A stretch of 64,000 bases of DNA from Candidatus Thalassarchaeaceae archaeon (GTDB lineage: Archaea; Thermoplasmatota; Poseidoniia; Poseidoniales; Thalassarchaeaceae), in the NCBI GenBank assembly GCA_030749075.1, contig JASMKR010000004.1, positions 15,232 through 79,231 of the forward strand, in the 5' to 3' direction. Under the pieces are notes generated by a model. That model was not told where the DNA came from. It worked only from the letters and a program-made list of their open reading frames with translations, and did no database searches. Shown piece by piece: positions 15,934 to 24,896 of this stretch. Within the stretch, counting starts at the first letter, position 1. Every line of letters starts with the position of its first letter. Both the position numbers and the translations under genes were made by a program.

Positions 15934-18576
15934 GTGCGATGGGAGGAGGACACGTGCATCGTCTCTGGCGACAACCGAGCTTGGCCCGACGAGCCGAGGA
16001 CCGTCATCGAACTGTGGTGCCGCTCTAGGGCCGGCCATTCGACACTCCTCCTAGTCAACGGTCTGAGGCCATACGTGGAGATATCCGACCCCAAGTCCGA
16101 CGGCAGCCCCGAGGACCCCGAGCTCCTGGGCAATGTGTCCTCTGTGAGGGACGTCCAGGCAGACCCCGAGCCCAGCGGGATGAAACTCTCGCAGGACGGC
16201 GTGGTCAGGCCCCACTACCGGGTCTTCGTCAAGGACACAACGAAGGTCAGGAGCGTCAGGAAGGCGCTCTCGGACTCCGGCTGGAGGGTGACTAGCGCGG
16301 ACATACTGTTCGTGCAGAGGCTGCTGCTCGACCTCGACCTCGGCCCCCATATCAGGGCCGGCGGGGAGGTACTGTGGACCGGGGACCGTGCCCCGGAGGG
16401 GGCGAAGACTCCGGAGTCGACCGACCCCGAGGTTGCAGAGGCCCGAATCAAGGAAGCGGGCGGGTCGGGCGTTTACCCAGTCGACATGATACTCTCGTGC
16501 GACCTGAGCGGGCTGGAGAGGGCAGACCCATTCCCAGCCCCCTTCGTCACCATGTCCTTCGACCTTGAGACCAGCATCGCGGACAACACGATCCTGTGCG
16601 CCGCAGCCGTGGTGGACAGGGCTGGGGAGAGGGTCGAGTACCCGATAACGGGCGCGGAGACCGAGATCCTCGAGCGGCTAACCGAGATAGTCCGCTCCGA
16701 GGACCCCGACTTCATCACCGGCTACAACATAGACAACTTCGACCTCCCTAGGATGGAGGAGAGGTCGGAGTACATCGACACGGAGTCGGAGATGTCCAGG
16801 GCCTCGCTCCTGGGGTGGGCTAGGGTTCCGATGAACGACGCCGAGACCAAGCGCGGGTGGAGGAGGCCCGGGCGGATATTCCCCAATAGGGAGCAGAATA
16901 GGGTCTGGACTATCAGGGGGAGGATACCGCTCGACGCATGGTGGCAGGCCCGGCAGACCCTGAGACCGCAGAGGGAGTCGTTGCGCTACGTCTCACGACT
17001 ACTGTGGCCGGACGACGAGGAGATGCAGAAGATGGACATCGACGCGAGCAAGATGGATGAGGAGTGGGCAGAGAGGCCCGACGAGGTACTGGACTACTGC
17101 GTCCGCGACACCGTCCTCCCTCTGAACATACTGGACAAGTTGAAGTCGACTGCGAGGAAGGAGGCCTTGGCCTCCGTCTCTCTGACCACAGTCGACATAG
17201 CCGCGACCAGCACGACGAGCCGCTGGATCGACTCACTTGTGATACGCCTGGCCGACAGGAGGGGGGTTGCGGTGCCCAATACCAACCAAGGCCCCAGGAA
17301 GCGGGACAGGATCGCCGGAGGCTACGTGCACGAGGTAGAGCCCGGGGTAGCGCCGTGGGTGGTAGTGCTGGACTTCAAGTCGATGTACCCCTCGATAATG
17401 ATCTCCAATAACATCTGCTCCACCACCCTTGTCAGGGACGACAGCGAGGACGGCTCCCACAGCGTCTCGCCCACCACCAACACCAGGTACATCTCCAAGG
17501 AGGAGCGCTTTGGCCTAGTCCCCCAGCTCCTAGAGGGCCTGATGGATAGCCGCGACCGACACAAGACAGCGCTCGCGAAGGCCAATGAGGAGGGCGACGA
17601 GGCTGAGGCCTTCCTCCAGGACCAGTTGCAGTATGCCGTTAAGATACTCATGAACTCGTTCTACGGGGTCTTCGCATCGAACTTCTACCGGTTCACGCAC
17701 CCCAGCCTAGGAGCCAGCATAACCGAGTGGGCCCGTCACAACATCCGGGGGATAATCTCCGGGCTGGAGACGGACGGGTACGACGTGGTGTACTCCGACA
17801 CCGACTCGATATTCGTGCGTGCGCCCGTTGAGGGCGAGCCCCCCATGAACAGGCCCGAGGGAGGTGAGGAGATGGACAGCTGGGAGCAGGCTAGAAAGAC
17901 GACGCTGAACTTCGGCGAGTCCCTGGCCGAGAGGTTCTCCAAGGAGGGCGCGGAGCTGGAGTTCGAGACCGCCCTCTCCTCCTTCTTCAGCCACGGGGCC
18001 AAGAAGCGCTACGTCGGTCGCGTGATCTGGCCTAGGGAGGAGATGTTGATCAGAGGCTACGAGGTCAGGCGGACTGACTCCTTCCAGCTCCTATCAGACA
18101 CCATGACGCAGATGTTCGAGATGATCCTCGACGGGGACACCCTAGGCGCCGTGGACATGACCAAGTCGATGATAGACAGGGTCCGCGAGGGCGATGTGGA
18201 CCCCGCGCAACTCGTCATTAGCAGATCGGTCAAAGGAAAGTGGGACTCGAAGAAGAACGAAGGAGACTTCAGCGTGTACGCCAACCCGGACGGACTTCCC
18301 TACGTCAGGGCAGCGAGGCAGAGGATCGCTGCAGGGCTGCAGTTCACCCCCGGCATGAAGGTCGGATACGTCGTCACCGAGCCTGAGGAGGGTGAGAAGA
18401 AGCTAGGAGTGAGCGCATGGCTGGTCGACGAGATCGGCGACGACCCGCCCGACTACGACCGCGAGTACTACGCAGGCAGGCTGGCCAAGTCCCTCGGTCG
18501 AATCACTGAGGCATTCGGTTGGACGGAGCAGGAACTCCTCAGGGGAACCAGACAGAGTTCCATTTTCGACTTCTGA
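15934..18576 (+). CDS. polB: family-B DNA polymerase
   Basis: Exonuclease motifs MSFDLET, GYNIDNFDLP and YCVRDT. Polymerase motifs DFKSMYPSIM, KILMNSFYG and VVYSDTDSIFV. GTG start. No intein. Confidence 0.95.
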   Translation: MRWEEDTCIVSGDNRAWPDEPRTVIELWCRSRAGHSTLLLVNGLRPYVEISDPKSDGSPEDPELLGNVSSVRDVQADPEPSGMKLSQDGVVRPHYRVFVKDTTKVRSVRKALSDSGWRVTSADILFVQRLLLDLDLGPHIRAGGEVLWTGDRAPEGAKTPESTDPEVAEARIKEAGGSGVYPVDMILSCDLSGLERADPFPAPFVTMSFDLETSIADNTILCAAAVVDRAGERVEYPITGAETEILERLTEIVRSEDPDFITGYNIDNFDLPRMEERSEYIDTESEMSRASLLGWARVPMNDAETKRGWRRPGRIFPNREQNRVWTIRGRIPLDAWWQARQTLRPQRESLRYVSRLLWPDDEEMQKMDIDASKMDEEWAERPDEVLDYCVRDTVLPLNILDKLKSTARKEALASVSLTTVDIAATSTTSRWIDSLVIRLADRRGVAVPNTNQGPRKRDRIAGGYVHEVEPGVAPWVVVLDFKSMYPSIMISNNICSTTLVRDDSEDGSHSVSPTTNTRYISKEERFGLVPQLLEGLMDSRDRHKTALAKANEEGDEAEAFLQDQLQYAVKILMNSFYGVFASNFYRFTHPSLGASITEWARHNIRGIISGLETDGYDVVYSDTDSIFVRAPVEGEPPMNRPEGGEEMDSWEQARKTTLNFGESLAERFSKEGAELEFETALSSFFSHGAKKRYVGRVIWPREEMLIRGYEVRRTDSFQLLSDTMTQMFEMILDGDTLGAVDMTKSMIDRVREGDVDPAQLVISRSVKGKWDSKKNEGDFSVYANPDGLPYVRAARQRIAAGLQFTPGMKVGYVVTEPEEGEKKLGVSAWLVDEIGDDPPDYDREYYAGRLAKSLGRITEAFGWTEQELLRGTRQSSIFDF

Positions 18577-18654
18577 CTATGATCACAGCATAGAACAATA
18601 AATGATAATCCCAGAGGCGCAGACTTGATTTTCCCCTTCCTTTGCCATGAGCCG

Positions 18655-19845
18655 ATGACGAGGTCGCGCGGGCTCGCCTGCATGATTGCAATAACGTTCC
18701 TAGCCCCGATGCTAACGGGCTGCGTGGACTTCCTCAATCCCAACAGCCCCCCGACAGCGACGATGTCCGTGAATCCGAGCGGGACGGTGAAGGCGGGGGA
18801 CCTCGTGACATTCAGTGCCGCTGGCTCATCTGACCCCGATGGCGACTCCATGACCTTTGAGTGGACCTTCGGTGATGGCAATACCGGGACCGGGCTGACT
18901 ACCAGCCACACCTACGCCCAACCTGGCGATTACAAGATTAATCTGGCGGTGGGGGACGGCGCCCACGAGGCGACTACCAGCACCACGATCAGTGTGGTCG
19001 ATGCCTCGGCAAGGGAGCCCCACGCTGAGATTACATCCGACAAGGACGACGACTGCGAGGGTGAGGACCCGCCCAATGGTGATTTCGTTATTGTCTGGGT
19101 ATGCGAGGACGACAAGGAAATAGATGACCGCGAAGTCACCGTGTCAACGACCGTGACCCTCGATGCCTCGAGCTCCTGGGCGGGCTGCAATCCCGACAAC
19201 TCCGACTGCTATGCCGAAGAGTACCTCGTCGAGTGGAAGTGGGACCTCGACACATACACTGACTCGGACGGGGATGGGATCACCGATAATGACGTCGATG
19301 CCACCGGTGAGACCTACGCCTGGGATGACAGGCCCGCAGGCGCCTGGGAGGTCCGGCTGACGGTGGTGGACAACAACGGGTTCGAGGACCACGCCGACTC
19401 GATGGTCTACGTGAACTACCGAGGAGTCTGGAATGACTTCGTCATCGACAGGGCCGTTCCTAACCCTGTCATCATGACCTGGGAATATCCGCTGAGCTAC
19501 GACGAGGATAGCAAGGATAGGATTCGCTACATGCGAGTCAAGCTGAGCTACCCCCAGCAGGACGAGGACCAGCCTGGAGGCGGGCTTCCGGCGACGACCA
19601 CTAACAACAAGCTAGACTTGTACATGTACAACAGCACTGATGAGGAGGTTGCCAACACCACTGGAATCGAGAACGACAACAGGGATGCGGGTGATTGCGA
19701 CAGCGACGACTACTGCCTCTGGATGGTTATCGGAGGCTCAACCGTTAGGGGTTTCCTACCAGGCCAATGGACAGTTGACTTGGAGAATGCCGAGACGCAC
19801 AATACCGAAGTCAACAAATTCATCATAGAGTTGCAGTACAGGTAA
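18655..19845 (+). CDS. PKD-domain lipoprotein
   Basis: MTRSRGLACMIAITFLAPMLTGC gives signal and lipobox. PKD repeat: VTFSAAGSSDPDGDSMTFEWTFGDGNTGTGLTTSHTYAQPGDYKINLAVGDG. A second PKD-like unit has a DSDGDGITDNDVD Ca-binding-like loop. Confidence 0.75.
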   Translation: MTRSRGLACMIAITFLAPMLTGCVDFLNPNSPPTATMSVNPSGTVKAGDLVTFSAAGSSDPDGDSMTFEWTFGDGNTGTGLTTSHTYAQPGDYKINLAVGDGAHEATTSTTISVVDASAREPHAEITSDKDDDCEGEDPPNGDFVIVWVCEDDKEIDDREVTVSTTVTLDASSSWAGCNPDNSDCYAEEYLVEWKWDLDTYTDSDGDGITDNDVDATGETYAWDDRPAGAWEVRLTVVDNNGFEDHADSMVYVNYRGVWNDFVIDRAVPNPVIMTWEYPLSYDEDSKDRIRYMRVKLSYPQQDEDQPGGGLPATTTNNKLDLYMYNSTDEEVANTTGIENDNRDAGDCDSDDYCLWMVIGGSTVRGFLPGQWTVDLENAETHNTEVNKFIIELQYR

Positions 19846-19971
19846 GGTTTCAGCCACTGGAACAACGCGACCTCTTCGACGCGCTGCTCGCTTGTGCAGA
19901 CCTTCGGAAACAGTGGGGAACGGTTCATATACGCCTCTTCGGTCGGCGGGCCACCTTAGAAGGTGTACGTA

Positions 19972-21258
19972 ATGAGTTCACAATGGGAAGACAAGAAGAA
20001 GCCGCATCTGAACATCGTTTTCGTCGGTCACGTCGATCACGGCAAGTCAACCACAGTCGGAAGACTGCTCCTTGACAGCGGCCATATCGAAGCGCACGTC
20101 ATCGAGAAGTTCGAGAAGGAAGCATCCGAGCGGGGCAAGGCCGGCTTCGGCTTCGCCTATGTCATGGACGGCTTGAAGGAGGAGCGCGAGCGCGGAATCA
20201 CGATCGACGTCGCCCACAAGGAGTTCTTCACGCCCAACTACTACTTCACCGTCATCGACGCACCGGGCCACCGGGACTTCGTCAAGAACATGATTACCGG
20301 CACCAGCCAAGCCGATGCCGCGGTCCTGTGCGTTGCCGCCAACGACGGTGTCAACGCCCAGACCAAAGAACATGCCTTCCTAGCCCGAGTGCTCGGCGTC
20401 AAGCAATTGATTGTCAACGTCAACAAGATGGATATCAGCGGTGTGGACTGGTCGCAGGACAAGTACAACAGCGTCGTCGGTGAGGTTACGGAACTTCTGA
20501 CGATGGCCGGCTTCAACCCGGCAGATGCCCCTTTCATCCCCTGCAGCGCCTTTGATGGTGACAACGTCTACAACAAGAGCAGCAACACCCCGTGGTACAG
20601 CGGCCCTACTCTCTTCGAGGCCATTGATGCAATCCAGATGCCACCCAAGCCCACCGACAGGCCCCTGCGCCTGCCGATTCAGGACGTCTACAAGATTAGC
20701 GGAATCGGTACCGTTCCAGTCGGAAAGGTCGAGACCGGCGTTCTACACTCCGGCAAGACCGTCGTGTTCAACCCCAGCCAGAAGTCTGCTGAGGTGAAAA
20801 GCATCGAGATGCACCACACAATTCACGAGAAGGCTGAGCCTGGCGACAACGTCGGCTTCAACGTACGCGGCCTAGCCGCTCACGACATCCGCCGAGGAGA
20901 CGTCGCCGGGTACACGGATAACGAGCCTGCTTTCGTTCGCCACGACGAGACCTTCGTCGGGCAGATCCAACTCATGGATATCCCGAAGGCGATTGGCGCT
21001 GGCTACACCCCAGTCTTCCACGCCCACACATCACAGGTCGCTGTCCGGTTCGTTGAACTTCTAGAGAACTCCAAGACCAAGGAGGCCAACCCGCCGTTCC
21101 TCAAGACAGGTGATGCAGCCTTGGTCCGCTTCGCTCCGACCAAGCCCATGGCTATCGAGCAGATGGATGCCTTCCCAGAGCTTTCCCGCTTCGCGATTCG
21201 CGACATGGGCAAGACGGTGGCCGCAGGCGTCTGCATGAAGATCGAGAAGAAGGCTTGA
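19972..21258 (+). CDS. tuf: translation elongation factor EF-1alpha
   Basis: [26 protein letters not shown] and NKMD are present, with full-length EF-1alpha colinearity. GGTG lies 8 nt upstream and a TTCATATA TATA-like box about 40 nt upstream. Confidence 0.97.
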   Translation: MSSQWEDKKKPHLNIVFVGHVDHGKSTTVGRLLLDSGHIEAHVIEKFEKEASERGKAGFGFAYVMDGLKEERERGITIDVAHKEFFTPNYYFTVIDAPGHRDFVKNMITGTSQADAAVLCVAANDGVNAQTKEHAFLARVLGVKQLIVNVNKMDISGVDWSQDKYNSVVGEVTELLTMAGFNPADAPFIPCSAFDGDNVYNKSSNTPWYSGPTLFEAIDAIQMPPKPTDRPLRLPIQDVYKISGIGTVPVGKVETGVLHSGKTVVFNPSQKSAEVKSIEMHHTIHEKAEPGDNVGFNVRGLAAHDIRRGDVAGYTDNEPAFVRHDETFVGQIQLMDIPKAIGAGYTPVFHAHTSQVAVRFVELLENSKTKEANPPFLKTGDAALVRFAPTKPMAIEQMDAFPELSRFAIRDMGKTVAAGVCMKIEKKA

Positions 21259-21277
21259 ATCGGCGCCGGTGACATCA

Positions 21278-21607
21278 ATGCCGGTTGTCACAACAATCAA
21301 ACTGACCGGAGACAATCACCCGGACGTGGATCTCGTCTGCAAGCAGATCAAGCAAATCTCGGATGAGACCGGCGTGAAACTCAGAGGCCCGATACCCCTC
21401 CCGACTCGCAGAATCGTCGTGCCGTGCAGAAAGAGCCCCGACGGAGAGGGATCCGAGACATGGGACCACTGGGAGATGCGCGTGCACAAGCGCCTTCTCG
21501 AACTGGTCACGAACACAGCGAAGGACGAAAAGTCCCTTAGGAAAGTCCTGAGAATACCTATTCCAGATTCGGTGACAATCGAGTTGTCCCTACGCAATCT
21601 CGGCTGA
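21278..21607 (+). CDS. rps10: 30S ribosomal protein S10
   Basis: KLRGPIPLPTRRIVVPCRKSPDGEGSETWDHWEMRVHKRLLEL. Sits immediately downstream of tuf, the conserved tuf-rps10 pair. Confidence 0.93.
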   Translation: MPVVTTIKLTGDNHPDVDLVCKQIKQISDETGVKLRGPIPLPTRRIVVPCRKSPDGEGSETWDHWEMRVHKRLLELVTNTAKDEKSLRKVLRIPIPDSVTIELSLRNLG

Positions 21608-21610
21608 GGC

Positions 21611-22963
21611 CTAGTACTCGCCCGCCGCCTCCTCTCTCGCGAGCGACCCCATCGGGTCCCAAGCCGGGAGGACGATGGGACTTTCCTCCAATCCCGCTAC
21701 CATCTCATTTGTGAGGCAGTCACGGGGGGCAGCGATCTCGAACATGTATTCGTCGTACCAGTTGTCATTCATCGTAAAGTAGCCCTTGACCCCACTCTCT
21801 TCGGCGCCCCACGAATTCTCGACTCGCCATCGACGAGGCTCACCGTCGACCACATCCACCCCTGTGAACAGCATCGCGTGGGTCATCATGGTCTGCCCGA
21901 AGCGGAGCCGATTGGCCTTGTCCATACCGAAGCCGACCCCATAAAGGCCCTCGAGCTCAAAGAGCTCGGCATCCCATAGACCGCGCTTCCGCTCCATATG
22001 CTTGCCAACGTCGCACCCCATCCACACCGGAGTGCCGCCCTCCAGCAACTTCTGAGTGATCGCCTTCATTTCTTCCGAAGGCACGTTCAGATAGATGACC
22101 GGTGGCCCGCCTGCGACATTCTGCAGGTAGTCGACGGTGTAGGTGCGATAGTACTCGTTCCGCGGGTCGTTGACTATGCATACGTAGTCCTCCCAGTCTA
22201 TTTCGACGAATTCGGCGGCGAACTCCTGAGGGGTCATTGTTCCCTTGCGGTGGAACTCGTCGTCCTTGTCACGCCACTGCCAGTCGAAGGTGCTGGGTGG
22301 CGTGCCCAAGTGGATGCACAGTATCCTCCATATGTCAGCCATGCGACTTTCTTTGTGCGCTCGCGCATCCTTGCCCGAGCCACCACCATCGAGAATCGAT
22401 CTCAGCTCGCTGGCCGAGGATCTCAGAAAGTCCTTCAGAACCGCGTTCATCCAACGCGTGTTGCTGCTGCTGCTGGACTCTGGATAGGCCGATTTTGGTA
22501 CCAGACCGTGCTTCCTGATGAGATTCATCGCCATGTTCCACTGCCCGCCATCTCCAATCGGGTCGCTGAGCAGGAAGTGGATGGTACGGTCGTCGACCGG
22601 GCGGTCCGAGGTCTCTATAATGACCTCTAGAAAGTGGTTGGCACGCTCGAACTTGTCCCAGAAGTGGATGTGTGCCTGACTGAACTCGAAGCTCTTGAGA
22701 TTCATCTTCTTCATGGCGCCCACCCTGAATAGGTTCAATGTCGCGAAGAGCCAGCACCGCCCGCTCCTCATCTGTGCGGTCACTCCCCAATCATCCAGTT
22801 TCGTGCTGAAGGAGAAGTCCATGTTCTGAATCAGATCGCGGCTGAGTGCAAGACTGGGCAACTCGCTGTTGCTGACCGCGTTCTGAGCGACCCGCGCTGC
22901 GGGGTCGGCGTTGAACGCCTTCCTATAACGTGCGACTTGCGTCTTGGTTACTACCTTGCCCAA
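21611..22963 (-). CDS. pepC: aminopeptidase C / bleomycin-hydrolase-like cysteine peptidase (C1B)
   Basis: Active-site QMRSGRCWLFATLN and C-terminal ...THAMLFTGVD...WRVENSWG, typical of PepC. Confidence 0.85.
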   Translation of the reverse strand: MGKVVTKTQVARYRKAFNADPAARVAQNAVSNSELPSLALSRDLIQNMDFSFSTKLDDWGVTAQMRSGRCWLFATLNLFRVGAMKKMNLKSFEFSQAHIHFWDKFERANHFLEVIIETSDRPVDDRTIHFLLSDPIGDGGQWNMAMNLIRKHGLVPKSAYPESSSSSNTRWMNAVLKDFLRSSASELRSILDGGGSGKDARAHKESRMADIWRILCIHLGTPPSTFDWQWRDKDDEFHRKGTMTPQEFAAEFVEIDWEDYVCIVNDPRNEYYRTYTVDYLQNVAGGPPVIYLNVPSEEMKAITQKLLEGGTPVWMGCDVGKHMERKRGLWDAELFELEGLYGVGFGMDKANRLRFGQTMMTHAMLFTGVDVVDGEPRRWRVENSWGAEESGVKGYFTMNDNWYDEYMFEIAAPRDCLTNEMVAGLEESPIVLPAWDPMGSLAREEAAGEY

Positions 22964-23015
22964 TCAATCACCTCGTAGACCGTTGTGGAAGCGGCGCGCG
23001 TTAGAACTTGTCCTC

Positions 23016-23891
23016 TCAGATGGGTGCCGGCTCAGCGAGACCTGCTGCGATGAGGGTCTCTGCAGTGAGCGAGGGGCACGATTCGATGTCGCCCTCTGTC
23101 AGGACCATCTCGGTGCCATCAGCGGTAATTATTGGGTCTGAGACATCCTTCAGAATCCTAATTCTGAGGAGGCTCTTGCCGGCTGTCTCCGGAATGTCTG
23201 AGACGCTCTTCGACTCGGCCTCGGAGGACGCGTGCTCGGGAAAGGAATCCAACTCTCTGATTCTATCCTCCTCGTCATACTCTGGCTCGTCCCAAGGCTC
23301 GTCCTTCCGAATCGGCTCTCGCCTTGGCAGTTCGGAATCCTCTGCCGATGCTTCCTTGGAGAACTCGGAGAGCGGCTTGTGCCCTACTGGCGGGGGGCGG
23401 TCCAGCCGGACCTGCTCGGTAGAACCGAGGAGGGCGCTCCACGAGACCTCGTGCTTGTACTTCTCTACCAAGTGGCCGATTCCAGCGTGAAATGCTCGCT
23501 CTGAGGGGTCGTGCCTATCCCATTCCAGCCTGGTGGAAGCCAAAGAAGGCATCGCATCTCCCTCGGGGGACCTCATGAGATTGGAGAGGATGGCATGCTG
23601 GGTGAAGGCGTTCAGACGCAGTCTGGTCAGGTCGCTCACGCAGGTCCTGACGACCCCCAGTCTGCGCGACTGCAGTTGCGCCTTGGCAGTCATCCCCTCT
23701 TCGCGAACGGTCTCTGCCAACTCGACCTCTAGGTGCTGGAGGAGCTGACCGGCGCAGGTCCAGAAGTTGGACAACGGCAGTTCGACTGGAATCGTCTGGC
23801 CCTTCTGCTTCCTAGTCAGTTCGAACAGGGATTTCTCGACTGTAATCAACTGGCTCTTGGAAAGCCTAGGAGTATTCGAAGCACCATCCAT
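23016..23891 (-). CDS. GINS51-like replication complex subunit with a long acidic insertion (tentative)
   Basis: The A-domain-like helix DLTRLRLNAFTQHAI and the C-terminal LLRIRILKDVSDPIITADGTEMVLTEGDIESCPSLTAETLIAAGLAEP resemble archaeal Gins51 A and B domains as I remember them. A Glu/Asp/Ser-rich linker of about 90 aa lies between. Confidence 0.5.
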   Translation of the reverse strand: MDGASNTPRLSKSQLITVEKSLFELTRKQKGQTIPVELPLSNFWTCAGQLLQHLEVELAETVREEGMTAKAQLQSRRLGVVRTCVSDLTRLRLNAFTQHAILSNLMRSPEGDAMPSLASTRLEWDRHDPSERAFHAGIGHLVEKYKHEVSWSALLGSTEQVRLDRPPPVGHKPLSEFSKEASAEDSELPRREPIRKDEPWDEPEYDEEDRIRELDSFPEHASSEAESKSVSDIPETAGKSLLRIRILKDVSDPIITADGTEMVLTEGDIESCPSLTAETLIAAGLAEPAPI

Positions 23892-23999
23892 GGAAGCGAC
23901 CTGTCGCGCATACCGCGTAGGCGATACATCAACAATTCCTCATGGATGCTTGGGATGGGCGTGCGCGAGTATCAAGAGCGCGGCTCCTCTCGCTGTGCT

Positions 24000-24084
24000 G
24001 CAGGTGTACCCGAGTGGTCAAAGGGGTCGGGCTCAAGATCCGATGCATAGTGCTTCGCAGGTTCGAATCCTGCCACCTGCACCA
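24000..24084 (+). tRNA. tRNA-Leu (anticodon CAA), class II long variable arm, CCA encoded
   Basis: Acceptor GCAGGTG/CACCTGC. D-arm CCCGAGTGGTCAAAGGGG. Anticodon stem-loop TCGGG-CTCAAGA-TCCGA. Long variable arm. T-arm GCAGG-TTCGAAT-CCTGC. Discriminator A followed by CCA. Confidence 0.85.
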
Positions 24085-24094
24085 AATATGCGGC

Positions 24095-24820
24095 TCAGGT
24101 TCGCTCTAGCAGGGCCTTCAATAGCTCTATCGCGCCTTCCTTGCCATTGGAATCTGTAACTCGATCTGCTGCCTCGACGACGCTCGGGTAACCGTCATTG
24201 ACGGCGACAGAGAACCCAACCAGATTGAACATCGCAATGTCGTTTGGGGCATCACCGCAGGCAATGACGCGCTCTGGGTCAACCCCACGTTGCTCCAGCG
24301 CCAGCCGCAACCCGCCAGCCTTGTCCAACCCGGACTTTGCGATGTGGACGGCGAATCCGGTGGTAATCACCTCTAGGTCTCCCCACTCGCTGTCGGCCAT
24401 GAGATTCCGAATCTGCTCGTGGGAATCGGTCTCCTTCAGGCACCACTCTGTCTCGCGCCAGCGGTTCGACTCGATACCTTGCGAATCCAACCCCTCGATC
24501 TGCGTTGCAAGCCACTCTGCCGCTTCCCGGCAGCGAGAGCCGTCTGCTAGCGCCACTATTTCATGGCCCTCGTCGCCGTCCCACACCATCCCGCCGTTCT
24601 CAGCCACGATGAAGCCAGAGATGCCCAAGGACTGCTTGATGGGCGTGACGTTGGGAAGCGTCCGTCCCGATGCGAGGGAAACGGTCATCACCTCGGAGTC
24701 GACCTTTCGAATTAGGGAAACCAGTTCGGGGTGGTAGCCCTCGATGTCGAGCAGCGTACCATCGACGTCGAATACTATCATGTCCCAATCGACCTTCTCA
24801 GGCAGCTCGACCATGGGCAA
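24095..24820 (-). CDS. HAD-IIB (Cof-type) phosphatase, phosphoglycolate-phosphatase-like
   Basis: MIVFDVDGTLLD (DxDGT nucleophile motif) ...SLASGR... ACGDAPNDIAMF... Confidence 0.8.
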   Translation of the reverse strand: MPMVELPEKVDWDMIVFDVDGTLLDIEGYHPELVSLIRKVDSEVMTVSLASGRTLPNVTPIKQSLGISGFIVAENGGMVWDGDEGHEIVALADGSRCREAAEWLATQIEGLDSQGIESNRWRETEWCLKETDSHEQIRNLMADSEWGDLEVITTGFAVHIAKSGLDKAGGLRLALEQRGVDPERVIACGDAPNDIAMFNLVGFSVAVNDGYPSVVEAADRVTDSNGKEGAIELLKALLERT

Positions 24821-24896
24821 ACGGAGGGTCTTGGGCTGATGATTCCACCGGCCTCTCTATCATCATGTTCAAGCGGGACCTGACGATGGGGGCTTG

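Noticed and set aside
21355-21385. gtgaaac string, checked as a possible half of a bacterial parS (TGTTTCACGTGAAACA).
   Set aside because: There is no palindromic partner and it lies inside rps10 coding sequence. I found no parS-like palindrome near either parA by eye, but a proper pattern search is still needed.
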